A DNA stretch of 64,000 bases from Andalucia godoyi And28. Taxonomy: Eukaryota; Protista; Jakobida. Below are positions 52,201 through 62,860 of the stretch, one piece after another. Below the pieces are notes generated by a model. That model worked only from the letters and a program-made list of their open reading frames with translations. It was not told the DNA's origin and made no database searches. Position numbers and translations under genes: made by a program. Where the stretch lies: positions 108,677-172,676 of the forward strand of contig VRVR01000004.1 in NCBI GenBank assembly GCA_009859145.1, in the 5' to 3' direction. Numbering within the stretch: the stretch's first letter is position 1; every line of letters begins with the position of its first letter.

Positions 52201-55200
52201 TTAATCTTCGTACATCCACGACGACGGAAGCACCGTGACCGAGGGCCGCGGGGGTTCATAGTGATAATGATGAACATGGCGAACATAAGAAGAAGAAGAA
52301 GCAGAAGCAGAAGCAGAATCGCTTTCGGTGGAGCGATCGACCATGTTGCGGTCTCCGCCGAGCGCAGGCTCGGACACGGGATGAGAATCCACAAGAAGGA
52401 ACACTTCTTCTCGAAGTCTCGGCTTGGACCCAGGACTGTACATTCGTCCAGGAGATGGGCGTCGAGAGCCCGCAACAGAATGCATCGTGGAAGCATGTGA
52501 CATAGGGACATGTAGCGGAGTGGTCCAATCATGAGAAGCCGGCTTGATAGGCGTCTCGGAAACAGCAGGAGTGGCTGTCCAAGGTACTGTCCTTTGGGCG
52601 ACTGGAGAGGACACATCGGAAACGCGCTGGGCATTCTGATCGCGGAGTCGAGGTCCATCTACTTGCAGACCGACATCACTTGCGTCCGCTCTGATCGATG
52701 CTTGGCATGCCCCGTCGCAACTTCGTGCAATAGTTGTCTGTGAAGTCGCCTCACATGCAGGGACTTGAAACATCGAAGAGGCGTCCGAAGTCTCCATTCG
52801 CAGCGTTTGCGTGGATGCTGGAGATAGCAGTCGAGACGGATCCGAACATTGAACAACTTGATCGCATCCAGCGACTCGGATGGTTTGCACAACACAGTCT
52901 TCCATGGAGACTGGGCGAGACGATTGCATCCCTGCATCTATTCTCACCGACTGAGCCTGAGTTCCAAGTTCGGCTACTGCACCGAGATCACTCATGCAAA
53001 CCTGAGAATGGGCATCGGCGACGCTCTCCTTTTGCATTTCCAGCTGGCGACGCATCTGAACGACTCTTCGAAGAGCATCTTCCTCCTGTTCAACAACATT
53101 TTGTCGTTCACACAAATACCGCTCTTCCTCTTGAAGGCGCCGCCGGACAGTAAACGCTTCGTTCTCAAGAATCGCAAGCTCCTCGCGGGCGAGAGTAATG
53201 GTGTCGACCAATCGCTGAAGCACTTCCCTGGAGGATGCAATTTCGTCATCAAAATCATGGATCATGCGGCGTTTGTCTTCGTACGCGCGAGAAACAATCG
53301 CCAAATCATCGAGGATAGCGCAGTAGTGAGAAAGAAGAACAGACAAAATATATTCTCCGCTTCGGGAATTGGCATCAAAGGTCGGAATCAGCTTTGCAAG
53401 AGCTGGAGCAGAGGAAAATATAGTATGGAACAGGGGCTCCAAGGACATGTCAGTTAAGCAGCTCGCATCTGAAGACCGCCGAACCTCCGTGTTTGTTCCA
53501 CCCTGTTTGACAGACGGACAAACACCACATGAAGCATCCGTAAAGACAGTCGAATTTGTCATAGTCGACGAGGAAACCAACGACGGGCCGCTGAAATTCG
53601 CCAGGGTTGCCACGTTAGCTGTGCAAATTTGCTCAGTCAGCGTGCTGACACCAGAGCGCAAAAGGCAGAAAATATCCGTCTGCGCAGTCCAGGACAAGAC
53701 CTGGGGCGAGTCAGTCAACGACGAAGCATCCACAGCGTGACAATCTCTCGTCTGCGACGAGACAGAGTCTGTCACTGCGAAATACTGAGAAGCGCGGCTG
53801 ACACACAATGGCTTTGGAGGAACTACGAGCAGCAAGGGATCGCCCGCCACTGCAGTCGAAGAGAATCCGACAATTGTCTCTTCCTCCGCGAGAGAAACGG
53901 ATGGACGACACGGTGTCGAAGTAGATACGTTTTTAACAGCCAAGCCGGACGTCTGGGATAGCGTAGATTGAATGATAATCGGTGGATCGGGAGCCGACGA
54001 TCCTTGGCTGGACGTTCGGATTGAGGCAGTGTTCACGCCAACAGACAACAGTGGTAGAGACGTCCGCTGAGCGGCAGCTTCCTCCAGAACAGAGACCGAA
54101 CGTGTTTGCGTTGCGGTGGACCAAATGGAAATCTTCCTTTCAGAAGACGCGGCTGCACTTGTTTGCGATGCGGATTCCACGCGAACTGGACTGGACGGAC
54201 GCATCTCTCTGCTATAATCGCCCTCGGTCTGAGTCGAGGAAGAACACAAGGGCACAGGTGGCGGGAAGGCAGCCGGTACAAATTCGACAAACACAGGACT
54301 TGACGTTCGAATAACGGATTTGGGGTGCTCCGTCTGTGTCTGTGAACTGAAGGTGGTAACGGTGGAAATTGTCGACTCGAATCCAAATTCGACTGGACTG
54401 GAGGATCGAAGAGTGGTGTGCTGCCCTCCGGTCTCGGTCTGTGACGACGTCTCATGATCTGGATTGTTCTCCCAGTGTGCCGAAAATTCAACTGCTACTG
54501 GGCTTGATGGCCGCAACACCCTTGCTTCCAAAAGATCTGTTTGAGAGGCTTCGCTCAACAATGTCGCAGAAGCAAGAGAAGCAACGCTGCAGGATGCCGG
54601 TGACGCCTGGATATCTTGATCGATGCGCTGCACCAACTCGAAGGAGGGTATCTCACGATTTGCCGATGGGGAGGCGGAAACAACAGCTCCCGCTGCAGCA
54701 GTCTGAGAGTCCGTTTCGCGCACCAGTGGCAGATATGTTTGCGTGCCTGCGTGGCTTAGAATAGGATCCGAATGAATGTTCAGAAGAATTGCAGTGGGAA
54801 CTTTGCCTGACGCCTGACCTGAAGGAGGAGCACAGTCATCCGCACTCACCGAACAAATCTCCCTGGTGATGGTGTCGGCTTGCATCCCAACAATCTCAAG
54901 AAGCGGATTCGAGTTGTGATCGGTGAAAGTGCCAACTGACACAGTGAATGCAGATTCCGCTTTTGTGAACGCATCCTTCGACAACACAGAGGCTGTCTGT
55001 GCAGCTGAGGACGAACACTGCGGATCAAATGTTTGCGTAGTAATCGATGTCCATGGAACCTGCGTGTCCGTGGCAGTGCCTATAGACCGGAGAGAACCAG
55101 CAGTCGAGAGTAGAGAAGCCGTCTGGCACCCCAAGCTGGAATGTTCAGCAGAGTATGTCATGGTCCAGGATTCAGAAGTCGACAGAGGTGGTGGCGGAAG

Positions 55201-56691
55201 AGAAAGCGGAATCGCATCTGCTTCCGAGAAATCGACGACGTCCGAAGGATGCATACCAAGTCTTTGTCGCAGGAGAGAGCATTCCTTTCGAGTCCTTGAC
55301 CAACGGAGTCTCCATTCATCCGCAAGAGCCATAAACTCGAGCTCGCGAGCAGTAGAAGACTTTGCAAAAATCTGCGTGACTTGATCAAGTTCTCTCGACA
55401 GCGCTAGAAGTTCATCTTCATAGTGCGCCTTTTCGAGAACAAAGGACCGCTCAGCGTCAGAATCGCCCTCGGACAATACCAACGAATTTTCCTTATCTTG
55501 CAACTGAGAACGAAGAGAATCGACCATGGTTCGGAGCAGCTGCACTTCCTCGTCTTGGTCATAAGAGACAGGCTCCTCATTTGCGTCCAGCGCCGTGGGG
55601 GCCGAGGATGCATCTCGAATTTCCGAGTCTGACACCAATAAACTGCACTGCACTGCACCATCTTCCACGAATCTAGTGGTGGAAATGCCAATGGATCTCG
55701 AAATGCCGCTGCCTATTTGAGTTCCAAACTCTCGAACTATCGTGCTCGTCCCAAACTCCGCGTCGGATATCTCTGCAAATTGGTTAGAGTCCTCAAAAGA
55801 AGGTTTCCATCTGGAAGCCCGTTCTCGAGAAAGTTGCTCAATCATCATCCTCGCATTTCTCTCGCTTTCCGAAACACGGAAAAGATCCGCGTCTTGCTGC
55901 TGGAGTTTGTCAGATAACTGCGTTAGTTCCGAGAGCCTTGCGGACGCGATGGTGCGAGTATTTGCAAGCTCTTGTTCCAGAGAAGCAATTTTTTCGAACA
56001 GCTCTCGTTCCACAAGTTGCTGCGAAAATCGTTCGCTTCCGCTAGTTCTTTGGTCTTCGGTAATGGATTCTCCGTCCAGAACGTCCAAGGACGGCAGTGC
56101 AGCAATCACCAACAGTGGATACGCACTGCTGGCAGACAGTGCATTTCCATACAAGTCAAGAACCTGAAGCCCAAGAACTCCTCGCAAGTTGATGACGTCA
56201 GGTATATTATCAAAGCGGTTGTTTGCCAGTCTTAGCACGCGCAATCTGGTGAGAACGCTGACGGAAGCCGGAATCGAGCGAATTCTGTTGTTTGACAGAT
56301 CCAATTCCACCACCGAGCTTGGAATCCCGGAAATCGCTGAGATGCGATTGAACGATAGGTTTAAAACAGAAAGTCTAGAAAGACCTTCCAGACCTTCAAT
56401 CCGGGTAAGTGCATTATGTGAGACATCCAGATGCTGCAAATTCACAAATGGCACAAGGTTCTCAATCTGTACAAACTTTTCATTCCTTGTTGGATCCGGT
56501 CGAAACGCTAGTTTCCGCAATCTGATTGGATCCGGATAACCGGCAATCCGAGCAACGGTATCTGGAGTCATGTATCGAGGAAGATAGCTTCGTTCTGCGT
56601 CACTCTCTCCAGCCCTGGAAGATGTGATCGATCCTGCATCTTCCGGGGGCGGGATCGTATCCTCAAGTAGTTCGAACAGAGAATTCGACAT
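52201..56691 (-). CDS. Centriolin-like LRR/coiled-coil protein with a long array of TQT-like motifs
   Basis: SDS22-type LRRs ending LPSLDVLDGESIT.DQR..GSERFSQQLVER (compare centriolin ERFSLEEVER), coiled coils, and dozens of (S/T/G)xQT motifs. Start at ATG 56691. Confidence 0.75.
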   Translation of the reverse strand: MSNSLFELLEDTIPPPEDAGSITSSRAGESDAERSYLPRYMTPDTVARIAGYPDPIRLRKLAFRPDPTRNEKFVQIENLVPFVNLQHLDVSHNALTRIEGLEGLSRLSVLNLSFNRISAISGIPSSVVELDLSNNRIRSIPASVSVLTRLRVLRLANNRFDNIPDVINLRGVLGLQVLDLYGNALSASSAYPLLVIAALPSLDVLDGESITEDQRTSGSERFSQQLVERELFEKIASLEQELANTRTIASARLSELTQLSDKLQQQDADLFRVSESERNARMMIEQLSRERASRWKPSFEDSNQFAEISDAEFGTSTIVREFGTQIGSGISRSIGISTTRFVEDGAVQCSLLVSDSEIRDASSAPTALDANEEPVSYDQDEEVQLLRTMVDSLRSQLQDKENSLVLSEGDSDAERSFVLEKAHYEDELLALSRELDQVTQIFAKSSTARELEFMALADEWRLRWSRTRKECSLLRQRLGMHPSDVVDFSEADAIPLSLPPPPLSTSESWTMTYSAEHSSLGCQTASLLSTAGSLRSIGTATDTQVPWTSITTQTFDPQCSSSAAQTASVLSKDAFTKAESAFTVSVGTFTDHNSNPLLEIVGMQADTITREICSVSADDCAPPSGQASGKVPTAILLNIHSDPILSHAGTQTYLPLVRETDSQTAAAGAVVSASPSANREIPSFELVQRIDQDIQASPASCSVASLASATLLSEASQTDLLEARVLRPSSPVAVEFSAHWENNPDHETSSQTETGGQHTTLRSSSPVEFGFESTISTVTTFSSQTQTEHPKSVIRTSSPVFVEFVPAAFPPPVPLCSSSTQTEGDYSREMRPSSPVRVESASQTSAAASSERKISIWSTATQTRSVSVLEEAAAQRTSLPLLSVGVNTASIRTSSQGSSAPDPPIIIQSTLSQTSGLAVKNVSTSTPCRPSVSLAEEETIVGFSSTAVAGDPLLLVVPPKPLCVSRASQYFAVTDSVSSQTRDCHAVDASSLTDSPQVLSWTAQTDIFCLLRSGVSTLTEQICTANVATLANFSGPSLVSSSTMTNSTVFTDASCGVCPSVKQGGTNTEVRRSSDASCLTDMSLEPLFHTIFSSAPALAKLIPTFDANSRSGEYILSVLLSHYCAILDDLAIVSRAYEDKRRMIHDFDDEIASSREVLQRLVDTITLAREELAILENEAFTVRRRLQEEERYLCERQNVVEQEEDALRRVVQMRRQLEMQKESVADAHSQVCMSDLGAVAELGTQAQSVRIDAGMQSSRPVSMEDCVVQTIRVAGCDQVVQCSDPSRLLSPASTQTLRMETSDASSMFQVPACEATSQTTIARSCDGACQASIRADASDVGLQVDGPRLRDQNAQRVSDVSSPVAQRTVPWTATPAVSETPIKPASHDWTTPLHVPMSHASTMHSVAGSRRPSPGRMYSPGSKPRLREEVFLLVDSHPVSEPALGGDRNMVDRSTESDSASASASSSSYVRHVHHYHYEPPRPSVTVLPSSWMYED

Positions 56692-57176
56692 GTAAGTAAC
56701 TGGTCCCAATGGATAAATTGCTGCAGGAAGAAGGAAAAGGGAGGGGTTAAACAAAATAACACACTTTAAAAATGAATAATGAATAATGAATGATGAATAA
56801 TATGATATTCGAGGAAACCGAGTCTCGTTTTAAATTGTTTGGAATGCTCAATGGAGGGAACAGATACTGCTGGGCGCCATAAAACTGTCAGGCATCACTT
56901 GAGTCCAGCTCGCTGTATGCGCAGTCCTTTGATTCTTTTGAATGCTTTTGAAACAGTTGAAGGCATTTTCTACGAATCGCACCAAAAGGACGTGTTTTTC
57001 TTCTTCTTTTCACTGACGTTTGTGTGTGCGACTGCGAACTGCGTTTCCTCCCCCCCGTTCTCCTTTTGTGCTCTTTGGTTGCAAATCCCCCCTTCTCCGT
57101 CTCCAAAAGGAAAAGAAAATAAGAAAGAAAGGGGAATAAAAAAAGTGGTAAACAGGCGTCGCTTCAACACAAGAAC

Positions 57177-59012
57177 ATGTCATCAGCATTAGCTACCGAT
57201 ACAGTTGTGGTTCCAAAGGTTTCTTTGGACGTCGTGTCGTTTGTGAGGTCTGCTCGTGAAGAACACGGACTTCGTCATGGAGACTTTTTGAACTATCGGC
57301 GATTTTGCGCTCGTCGGTTGCATCGGATCCGCCGTGCTACGAAGATGACGCTGGGCCGTGGCCGGTTCCAAAGCCGAGAAGTCAATGCCAATCACGGATC
57401 GTCTGATGTACGCACGCTTCACATTGTTCTTGTTTCTGCAGAACGAGCGTGGGCAATGGCTATGCAGAAAAAGTCCGATAACGAGGAGAACGATAATTAC
57501 AACACGATGAAAAAGCTCCATATGAAGCGCAGACTGGCAAAGGCTATCAAGTACGCACACAAACTGGAGAGCCTGTGCGTGGAGGTCGCAGATGAGGTTA
57601 CGATCATGCATGCCCAAGCATATGCAACTCACTTGGAGGCGCAGCTGCGTTTCGAGAATGAGTTGTTTGTGGAAGCTCGATCGCTGTTTGTTGCTGCTAG
57701 GGCTCTGTATCTTTCGCTGGCGCAGGACGCGAAACATGTGTCGGAAGGCACGAGAAAGATGTGCAGATCCCTTGCGGAAGAGGTGGAGCCAAACATTCGC
57801 TATTGCCATTTGCGGGCAGGCGGGTCAGATGGTGCCGAACTGCAGAAGCTCTTAGCCACGCCAGCCAGCGCACTTCCGAATTTGCTTGCTGCTTCTTCTT
57901 CTTCTTCCGCGTCGCAGAGGCTCCATGTAAGTTCGATGGAGGACAATAATCCTGCCGCAAAGAAGGAGGAGGAATCTGCGAACGATTCCCAAGACAATAT
58001 TGTTTTTCGAGGAACTGTTGTTCCTCTTGGAAAAGTTGTCAAGCTCCGAGAAGCCGTTTTTGGGATTCGCGCGTCGTGGTCGGGACTTGCCAAGGAGGGC
58101 TCTTCTGTTCTGTCCGCCCTCGAAGACTTTGTATCCTCTGTATCGTCTGCATTGGGCATCCTGAAGACTTCGAGTCAGCATATTACGGGCCAGCAACACC
58201 AAGCCTGCGAAGCGCTGCTGAAGTTGTTGTCTGTCGAGGGAACTGTTTTGCGAAACCAGGCAATTGCTAACGGTCTTGCTGGTTCGAAGTTTGATGAAGT
58301 CGTGGTTCGCGTGTTGTCGAGCTTTGGTGTATTGCCATCTGCATCGTCGCCAATCATGTTCAACACCGCACAGCGCGCTGCACAAGAAGCCAAACTTCTT
58401 GCAACATCATCATCTCTGGTAGACGATGTTCTTCGTTCCGTGGAATTTGTCTCCAAGGACAGCGAACTGGTTCGTATTCTGACGTGCCAGGCACAGCTGT
58501 GCGATGCAGAGCGCCTTGTGTCTGTTTCAGAGCGATGTGCGTGCATGCTGAACCAGTGGAGCGAGGCTGCTTCGTATCTTGAGGCCGCCAGGCAAATACT
58601 CGCTCGAGAGGTGGTCTCGGATCTTTCGACTTCGGACGCGGATCTTCAGCCGATCCTGACATTGGTTCAGGCGCAGTACGCGAAAGTGGCGACTTTAGTG
58701 GACAAGCGAAGTGTTCAACTGCATGCACTGTTCAAATTGTCCACCGTGGTTTCCGGGGAACAGCAAGCCGCTTCCCAAGCAAGAGTCGTTGTCGCAGAAG
58801 ATGCTTCCAAGTTCCCGGAAGATCTGTCCCTGTTGGTCGCTGCCGGCATCCCTCCTCGTGCACGGCCGGTTCCTGCTCGACCCGTCTTCTTTGACCTTGC
58901 TGGCGAGAGCGTCCAGTATCCTGATCTCAGCGAACGCGTCGAGAAACTGCAAAAGCCTCAACAAAAGCCTGCTGCAGGCGGCGGACTGTTTGGATTCTGG
59001 AGAAGAGGATAG
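57177..59012 (+). CDS. SRP68: Signal recognition particle subunit SRP68
   Basis: LDVVSFVRSAREEHGLRHGDF.NYRRFCARRLHRIR, AERAWAMAM, EPNIRYC, PARPVFFDLA. Confidence 0.93.
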   Translation: MSSALATDTVVVPKVSLDVVSFVRSAREEHGLRHGDFLNYRRFCARRLHRIRRATKMTLGRGRFQSREVNANHGSSDVRTLHIVLVSAERAWAMAMQKKSDNEENDNYNTMKKLHMKRRLAKAIKYAHKLESLCVEVADEVTIMHAQAYATHLEAQLRFENELFVEARSLFVAARALYLSLAQDAKHVSEGTRKMCRSLAEEVEPNIRYCHLRAGGSDGAELQKLLATPASALPNLLAASSSSSASQRLHVSSMEDNNPAAKKEEESANDSQDNIVFRGTVVPLGKVVKLREAVFGIRASWSGLAKEGSSVLSALEDFVSSVSSALGILKTSSQHITGQQHQACEALLKLLSVEGTVLRNQAIANGLAGSKFDEVVVRVLSSFGVLPSASSPIMFNTAQRAAQEAKLLATSSSLVDDVLRSVEFVSKDSELVRILTCQAQLCDAERLVSVSERCACMLNQWSEAASYLEAARQILAREVVSDLSTSDADLQPILTLVQAQYAKVATLVDKRSVQLHALFKLSTVVSGEQQAASQARVVVAEDASKFPEDLSLLVAAGIPPRARPVPARPVFFDLAGESVQYPDLSERVEKLQKPQQKPAAGGGLFGFWRRG

Positions 59013-59636
59013 AGAAATCGTCTGTTTTCGGTTTCGTTTCTTGCACGACACGTCCGTTCTTCCTTCTATGTCTCTTTTTGTCTAAAAAGCCAAAAGGACT
59101 TTATAATAAATTTTACGCAGAGATGAAACATGTTGAATAGTGTGGTGACTTTGGCTGAGGTGACTTTGACTGTGTTGGGACATTCTTTATTGCATCAAAA
59201 CGTTCAGACTGGTCTTGTCAGCGTATGAGCAGACGCCCCGACAGCACAAAGCAAGCCCCGGCCCCAGAGGATCCTGCCTTTTTGCTGGCCAAAGGCAAAA
59301 AGGACTTTTCCCCAGGTTCCTAAAAGATTCGTTCCTGTCGGACTCAATTTGCATCCTCCATTCATGACTCACGAAAATCGTTCGACCGCACAAAGACAGC
59401 CACACTGCAGAAAACCGCAATCGTCGTCTTCGACAGCAAACGCTCATTCTCTTCTTCTTCTTCTTCATCATCATCATCTTCTTCTTCTTCACCATTTTGT
59501 TTTTCTTCTTCTTTGTACCACTGTGGTTGCTGTTGGCTTGTTTTGATTTATTTTTTTATTTAATCGTGTAGGGATTTTCGGCAGCTCAGGTTGGAGAAGG
59601 GAAAGAGAAAAAAAAAAAAGAAGAAAGAAGAAGAAA

Positions 59637-62600
59637 ATGACTGTTCTCTCGGATGTTCTTGCAAACCCTGCGAACCCTCCTCATGCAGACCTGATGTTTT
59701 CCGATTTGCAAAAGTTTGTTCTGCAATTGGATCCGGCGACTCCGTTTGCAAATGACTATGAGTTTGTGCAAAGCGAAGCTACCCGTCTTTCCTTCCTGGC
59801 GCACATCATGAGGACCTCGGAAGCTGGTCGTATGCAGCTCTCAAATCCCACCGAATTTACTTCGGAGGTGAAGCCTGAGGCGGTTATCTATTGGCAGCAG
59901 GTTCTTCAGTTCATGTCGAGAGCCAAGGATGCGGTAATTCAGCTGCAGAAGCAGAAGCTGGAAGCACAGGCCGCTGCTGGTCTGCGCATGCCGCGAGTGC
60001 TGAGAGCTTGCGAACTGCTCAAGCTCGAAGGTGTCGAAGCCGAGCTGCTTCGGGCGTTTGTCATCACTGCTGTCGCCCAGTTCCAGCAGGAACTGGGAAA
60101 TGGATATGATGCAGTATCCGTGTGCATGATGATCAATGTCAGTTCCACGGTTCTCATTGAGTTTGCCCAGGAGTCGCGGTCCTACATGAAGGCTGGGTTG
60201 TTCCCGGAAGTCATGTACACGAACATCTCTCGATCGTCGTTCAACATTGAAGAGCGAATGCTCAAGGTGCTGATTGGCTCGAAACTGGAGGCAGACGATG
60301 TGATCCGACTTGGAAACACCTTCATTGCGACTCTGCTTGAGGAAGAAGGAGTTGATACCAACGCGGTCGCTGCAGAGACTGATGAGGACTATGACATGTT
60401 GGAGGAAGAGGATCCAGCAAAATCTCAATCCGTCGAGGAGGGCGAATCGGCAGAGGCGTCACAGGAGCCGGTTGATCTTTACGAGATGCTTCGTCGAGAA
60501 CGGGAGAAGGAAGCTGCAATGATACTTGAACTGAAGGAACAGGAGAGCGTCTCCGGCGAGAGTCCGTCATCGGACGCAGCTGCAGGAGGTGTCTCTTCTG
60601 CGGACGAGTCTCAGCCATACAAGACCGATCTTGAGTACATGGACGACTACTTTGAGTGGACTCGTCAGACTATCCGTTTGTTGGAAATGGCACGTCGGCT
60701 GGCACAGTGCACGACGTATCGTGACATGGAGGCCGAGTCCCTGAAGCGCGAAGCAGAAGGTAAGACCAAGGTCATCAAGACGAAGATTGAAAATCGTCTC
60801 AAGCTTACCAAGGAGCGTGGTCGATGGATGCCGCGTCTTGAGCGACTTGCAACGAGCAAGAAGTTGTCCGACTTTGAAAAGAACGTGCTGGTTGTGTTGA
60901 TCTATGCAGTCATGAATCCCTCGTACAATTCGTATTTCAACTCGTACTCGGTGAGAGAGCTGCTCGCAATGTTTGCAGGAGAGTCGTTGCAGGAACAGGT
61001 TCGTCTGTCTTCTTGTTTCCTGAAGAGCGCCCCACTGGTTGCCGATGGCATCATCCGTGTGGATTCAAACAACAACTACATTTTGCATTCGCAAGTCAAT
61101 ATTGATCGACGCATGCTTGATTTTCTCGCCGGCCTTGACACGGATTTTTCCGAAGTCGTCGAGGGGTCGCGTCTGTTCATCCCCACCACAGACCTTGCCC
61201 AGGTTGTTCTTCCGATTTCTCAGAAGGACCTTATTATCAAGACCATCCGCAATTTCAACACGTTCCAACGTTTCAAGAAAACCAAGGTTCGCGTGGGATC
61301 GTCTACCCCGGGATCGACAGTTTCCGCGAATGGCATGAATGCCGGTCTCGTTCTGTTGTTCCATGGCCCGCCCGGAACTGGAAAGACCATGTGCTGTCAT
61401 GCTTTGGCGAAGAACTTTGAAAAATCCGTGCTGCTGATCGATTATCCTTCTTTGGAGTCCATGTCGTCGTCGTATGAGAACAAGTTTCGGTCCATCTTTC
61501 GTGAGGCCCAGTTGAACGATGCAATTGTCTTTTTTGATGAATGTGAGAACATTTTTGAGTCGCGTGATCATGGCAACACGACTGTGAACCAGCTCTTGAT
61601 TGAAATCGAAAAGCATCCAGGTATCGTCATTCTTGCGACAAATCGCAGATTCGAACTTGACGAGGCCATGCATCGTCGAATTACACTTGCGGTCGAGTTT
61701 TTGCCGCCCGATCGTATTCTTCGTGAGGCCATTTGGCGCACCCACATTCCTGCCGAAGTGTCTCTGGACCCGGCAGTGAACTTGGAAGAGCTTGCAGCAA
61801 AGTACGAGCTCACTGGAGGATTCATCCGAAACGCGGTGCTGATCGCCGTGACGGAAGCGGTCGCCCGCAATTCGGATGCTCCTGTTCTCACAGCCAAGGA
61901 TTTGGAAGAGGGTGCTTCGTTCCAGCTTCGCGGCGCCATCAATATGAAGCTGAATGGTGCCGTGGATTCCTTGGTGCCTTCGAATGGTCTCGATCGCGTG
62001 TTTGTGGAGGATGGTACTGCGCGCGTACTCCGTGAAATCGTGGACTTCCACAAGGCACAGTCGGTCTTGTACTCTCAGTGGGGCTTCGATGCGCGATCCG
62101 AAGTGGCATCGGGGGGCGGCGCGCATGCGATTCGTGCGCTGTTTGCCGGTCCCTCTGGCACTGGAAAGTCTGTCTCGGCCGAAGGAATTGCATTTGAGTT
62201 GGGAATTCCTATGAAGCTGATCCATGCTCGTGAGATCATGCATCATGACGTATCGTCATCAACCATTTCGCAGATCTTTGCTAGCGCCCAAGCTTGCGAC
62301 GCGCTCGTCCTTATAGAGTCTCTTGAAGAAACGATTGCGAACCCCGCTGCCTTTGGACTGATGATGCACCACATCCGTTCGTATCGTGGCATTGTGGTTG
62401 TCTGCGTCGAGAGCGCCAAGGCGCTCGAGGACCGCATTGTCCGGGAATTCCAGTTCATTGTCAAGTTTACGATTCCTGATGCCCGTACTCGTGCGTTGCT
62501 GTTCCGGAGCTTTGTTCCCTCCAAGCTGCCTCTCGATGCGGACATGGATTTCGCGCAAGCTGCGAATCTGTTTGCACTGACAGGACTGCAGATCAAGCGC

Positions 62601-62723
62601 GCTATTATGCGTGCCTCGGCTCGTGCTGCGCTGCGCAAGGCGATTCCGGATCGCGTTGTGCGCATGTCGGATCTTATTCGCGCTTGCCAAGAAGAAATGG
62701 AAAACTCCAACATGGGTCGGTGA
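59637..62723 (+). CDS. Bacterial-type AAA+ ATPase (winged-helix region, active AAA, degenerate second AAA)
   Basis: LSDFEKNVL, SAPLVADGII, IDRRMLDFLAG; GPPGTGKT / FFDECE / ATNR..LDEAMHRR / LAAKYELTGGFIRNA; second GPSGTGKS with a degenerate Walker B. Confidence 0.88.
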   Translation: MTVLSDVLANPANPPHADLMFSDLQKFVLQLDPATPFANDYEFVQSEATRLSFLAHIMRTSEAGRMQLSNPTEFTSEVKPEAVIYWQQVLQFMSRAKDAVIQLQKQKLEAQAAAGLRMPRVLRACELLKLEGVEAELLRAFVITAVAQFQQELGNGYDAVSVCMMINVSSTVLIEFAQESRSYMKAGLFPEVMYTNISRSSFNIEERMLKVLIGSKLEADDVIRLGNTFIATLLEEEGVDTNAVAAETDEDYDMLEEEDPAKSQSVEEGESAEASQEPVDLYEMLRREREKEAAMILELKEQESVSGESPSSDAAAGGVSSADESQPYKTDLEYMDDYFEWTRQTIRLLEMARRLAQCTTYRDMEAESLKREAEGKTKVIKTKIENRLKLTKERGRWMPRLERLATSKKLSDFEKNVLVVLIYAVMNPSYNSYFNSYSVRELLAMFAGESLQEQVRLSSCFLKSAPLVADGIIRVDSNNNYILHSQVNIDRRMLDFLAGLDTDFSEVVEGSRLFIPTTDLAQVVLPISQKDLIIKTIRNFNTFQRFKKTKVRVGSSTPGSTVSANGMNAGLVLLFHGPPGTGKTMCCHALAKNFEKSVLLIDYPSLESMSSSYENKFRSIFREAQLNDAIVFFDECENIFESRDHGNTTVNQLLIEIEKHPGIVILATNRRFELDEAMHRRITLAVEFLPPDRILREAIWRTHIPAEVSLDPAVNLEELAAKYELTGGFIRNAVLIAVTEAVARNSDAPVLTAKDLEEGASFQLRGAINMKLNGAVDSLVPSNGLDRVFVEDGTARVLREIVDFHKAQSVLYSQWGFDARSEVASGGGAHAIRALFAGPSGTGKSVSAEGIAFELGIPMKLIHAREIMHHDVSSSTISQIFASAQACDALVLIESLEETIANPAAFGLMMHHIRSYRGIVVVCVESAKALEDRIVREFQFIVKFTIPDARTRALLFRSFVPSKLPLDADMDFAQAANLFALTGLQIKRAIMRASARAALRKAIPDRVVRMSDLIRACQEEMENSNMGR

Positions 62724-62860
62724 AAAACATCCTTTTTTTGTTCTGGGAGGGTGGAGAGATGTTGTTTTTGCTGTTGAATAAAAAGCTCACTGCATGTCTT
62801 GTTATATAGGCTCGTTTAATGGTCCACTACTTTCTTCTTTGCATCTTCATGCGAATGGCT

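Noticed and set aside
59278-59304. Hairpin CCTTTTTGC...GCAAAAAGG near SRP68 (SRP RNA considered)
   Set aside because: A single short stem without SRP Alu or helix-8 motifs.
47443-62723. A clustered eukaryotic contractile injection system (beta-helix spike plus Afp15-like ATPase)
   Set aside because: No sheath, tube or baseplate genes, and ordinary housekeeping genes intervene; the two proteins are reported separately.
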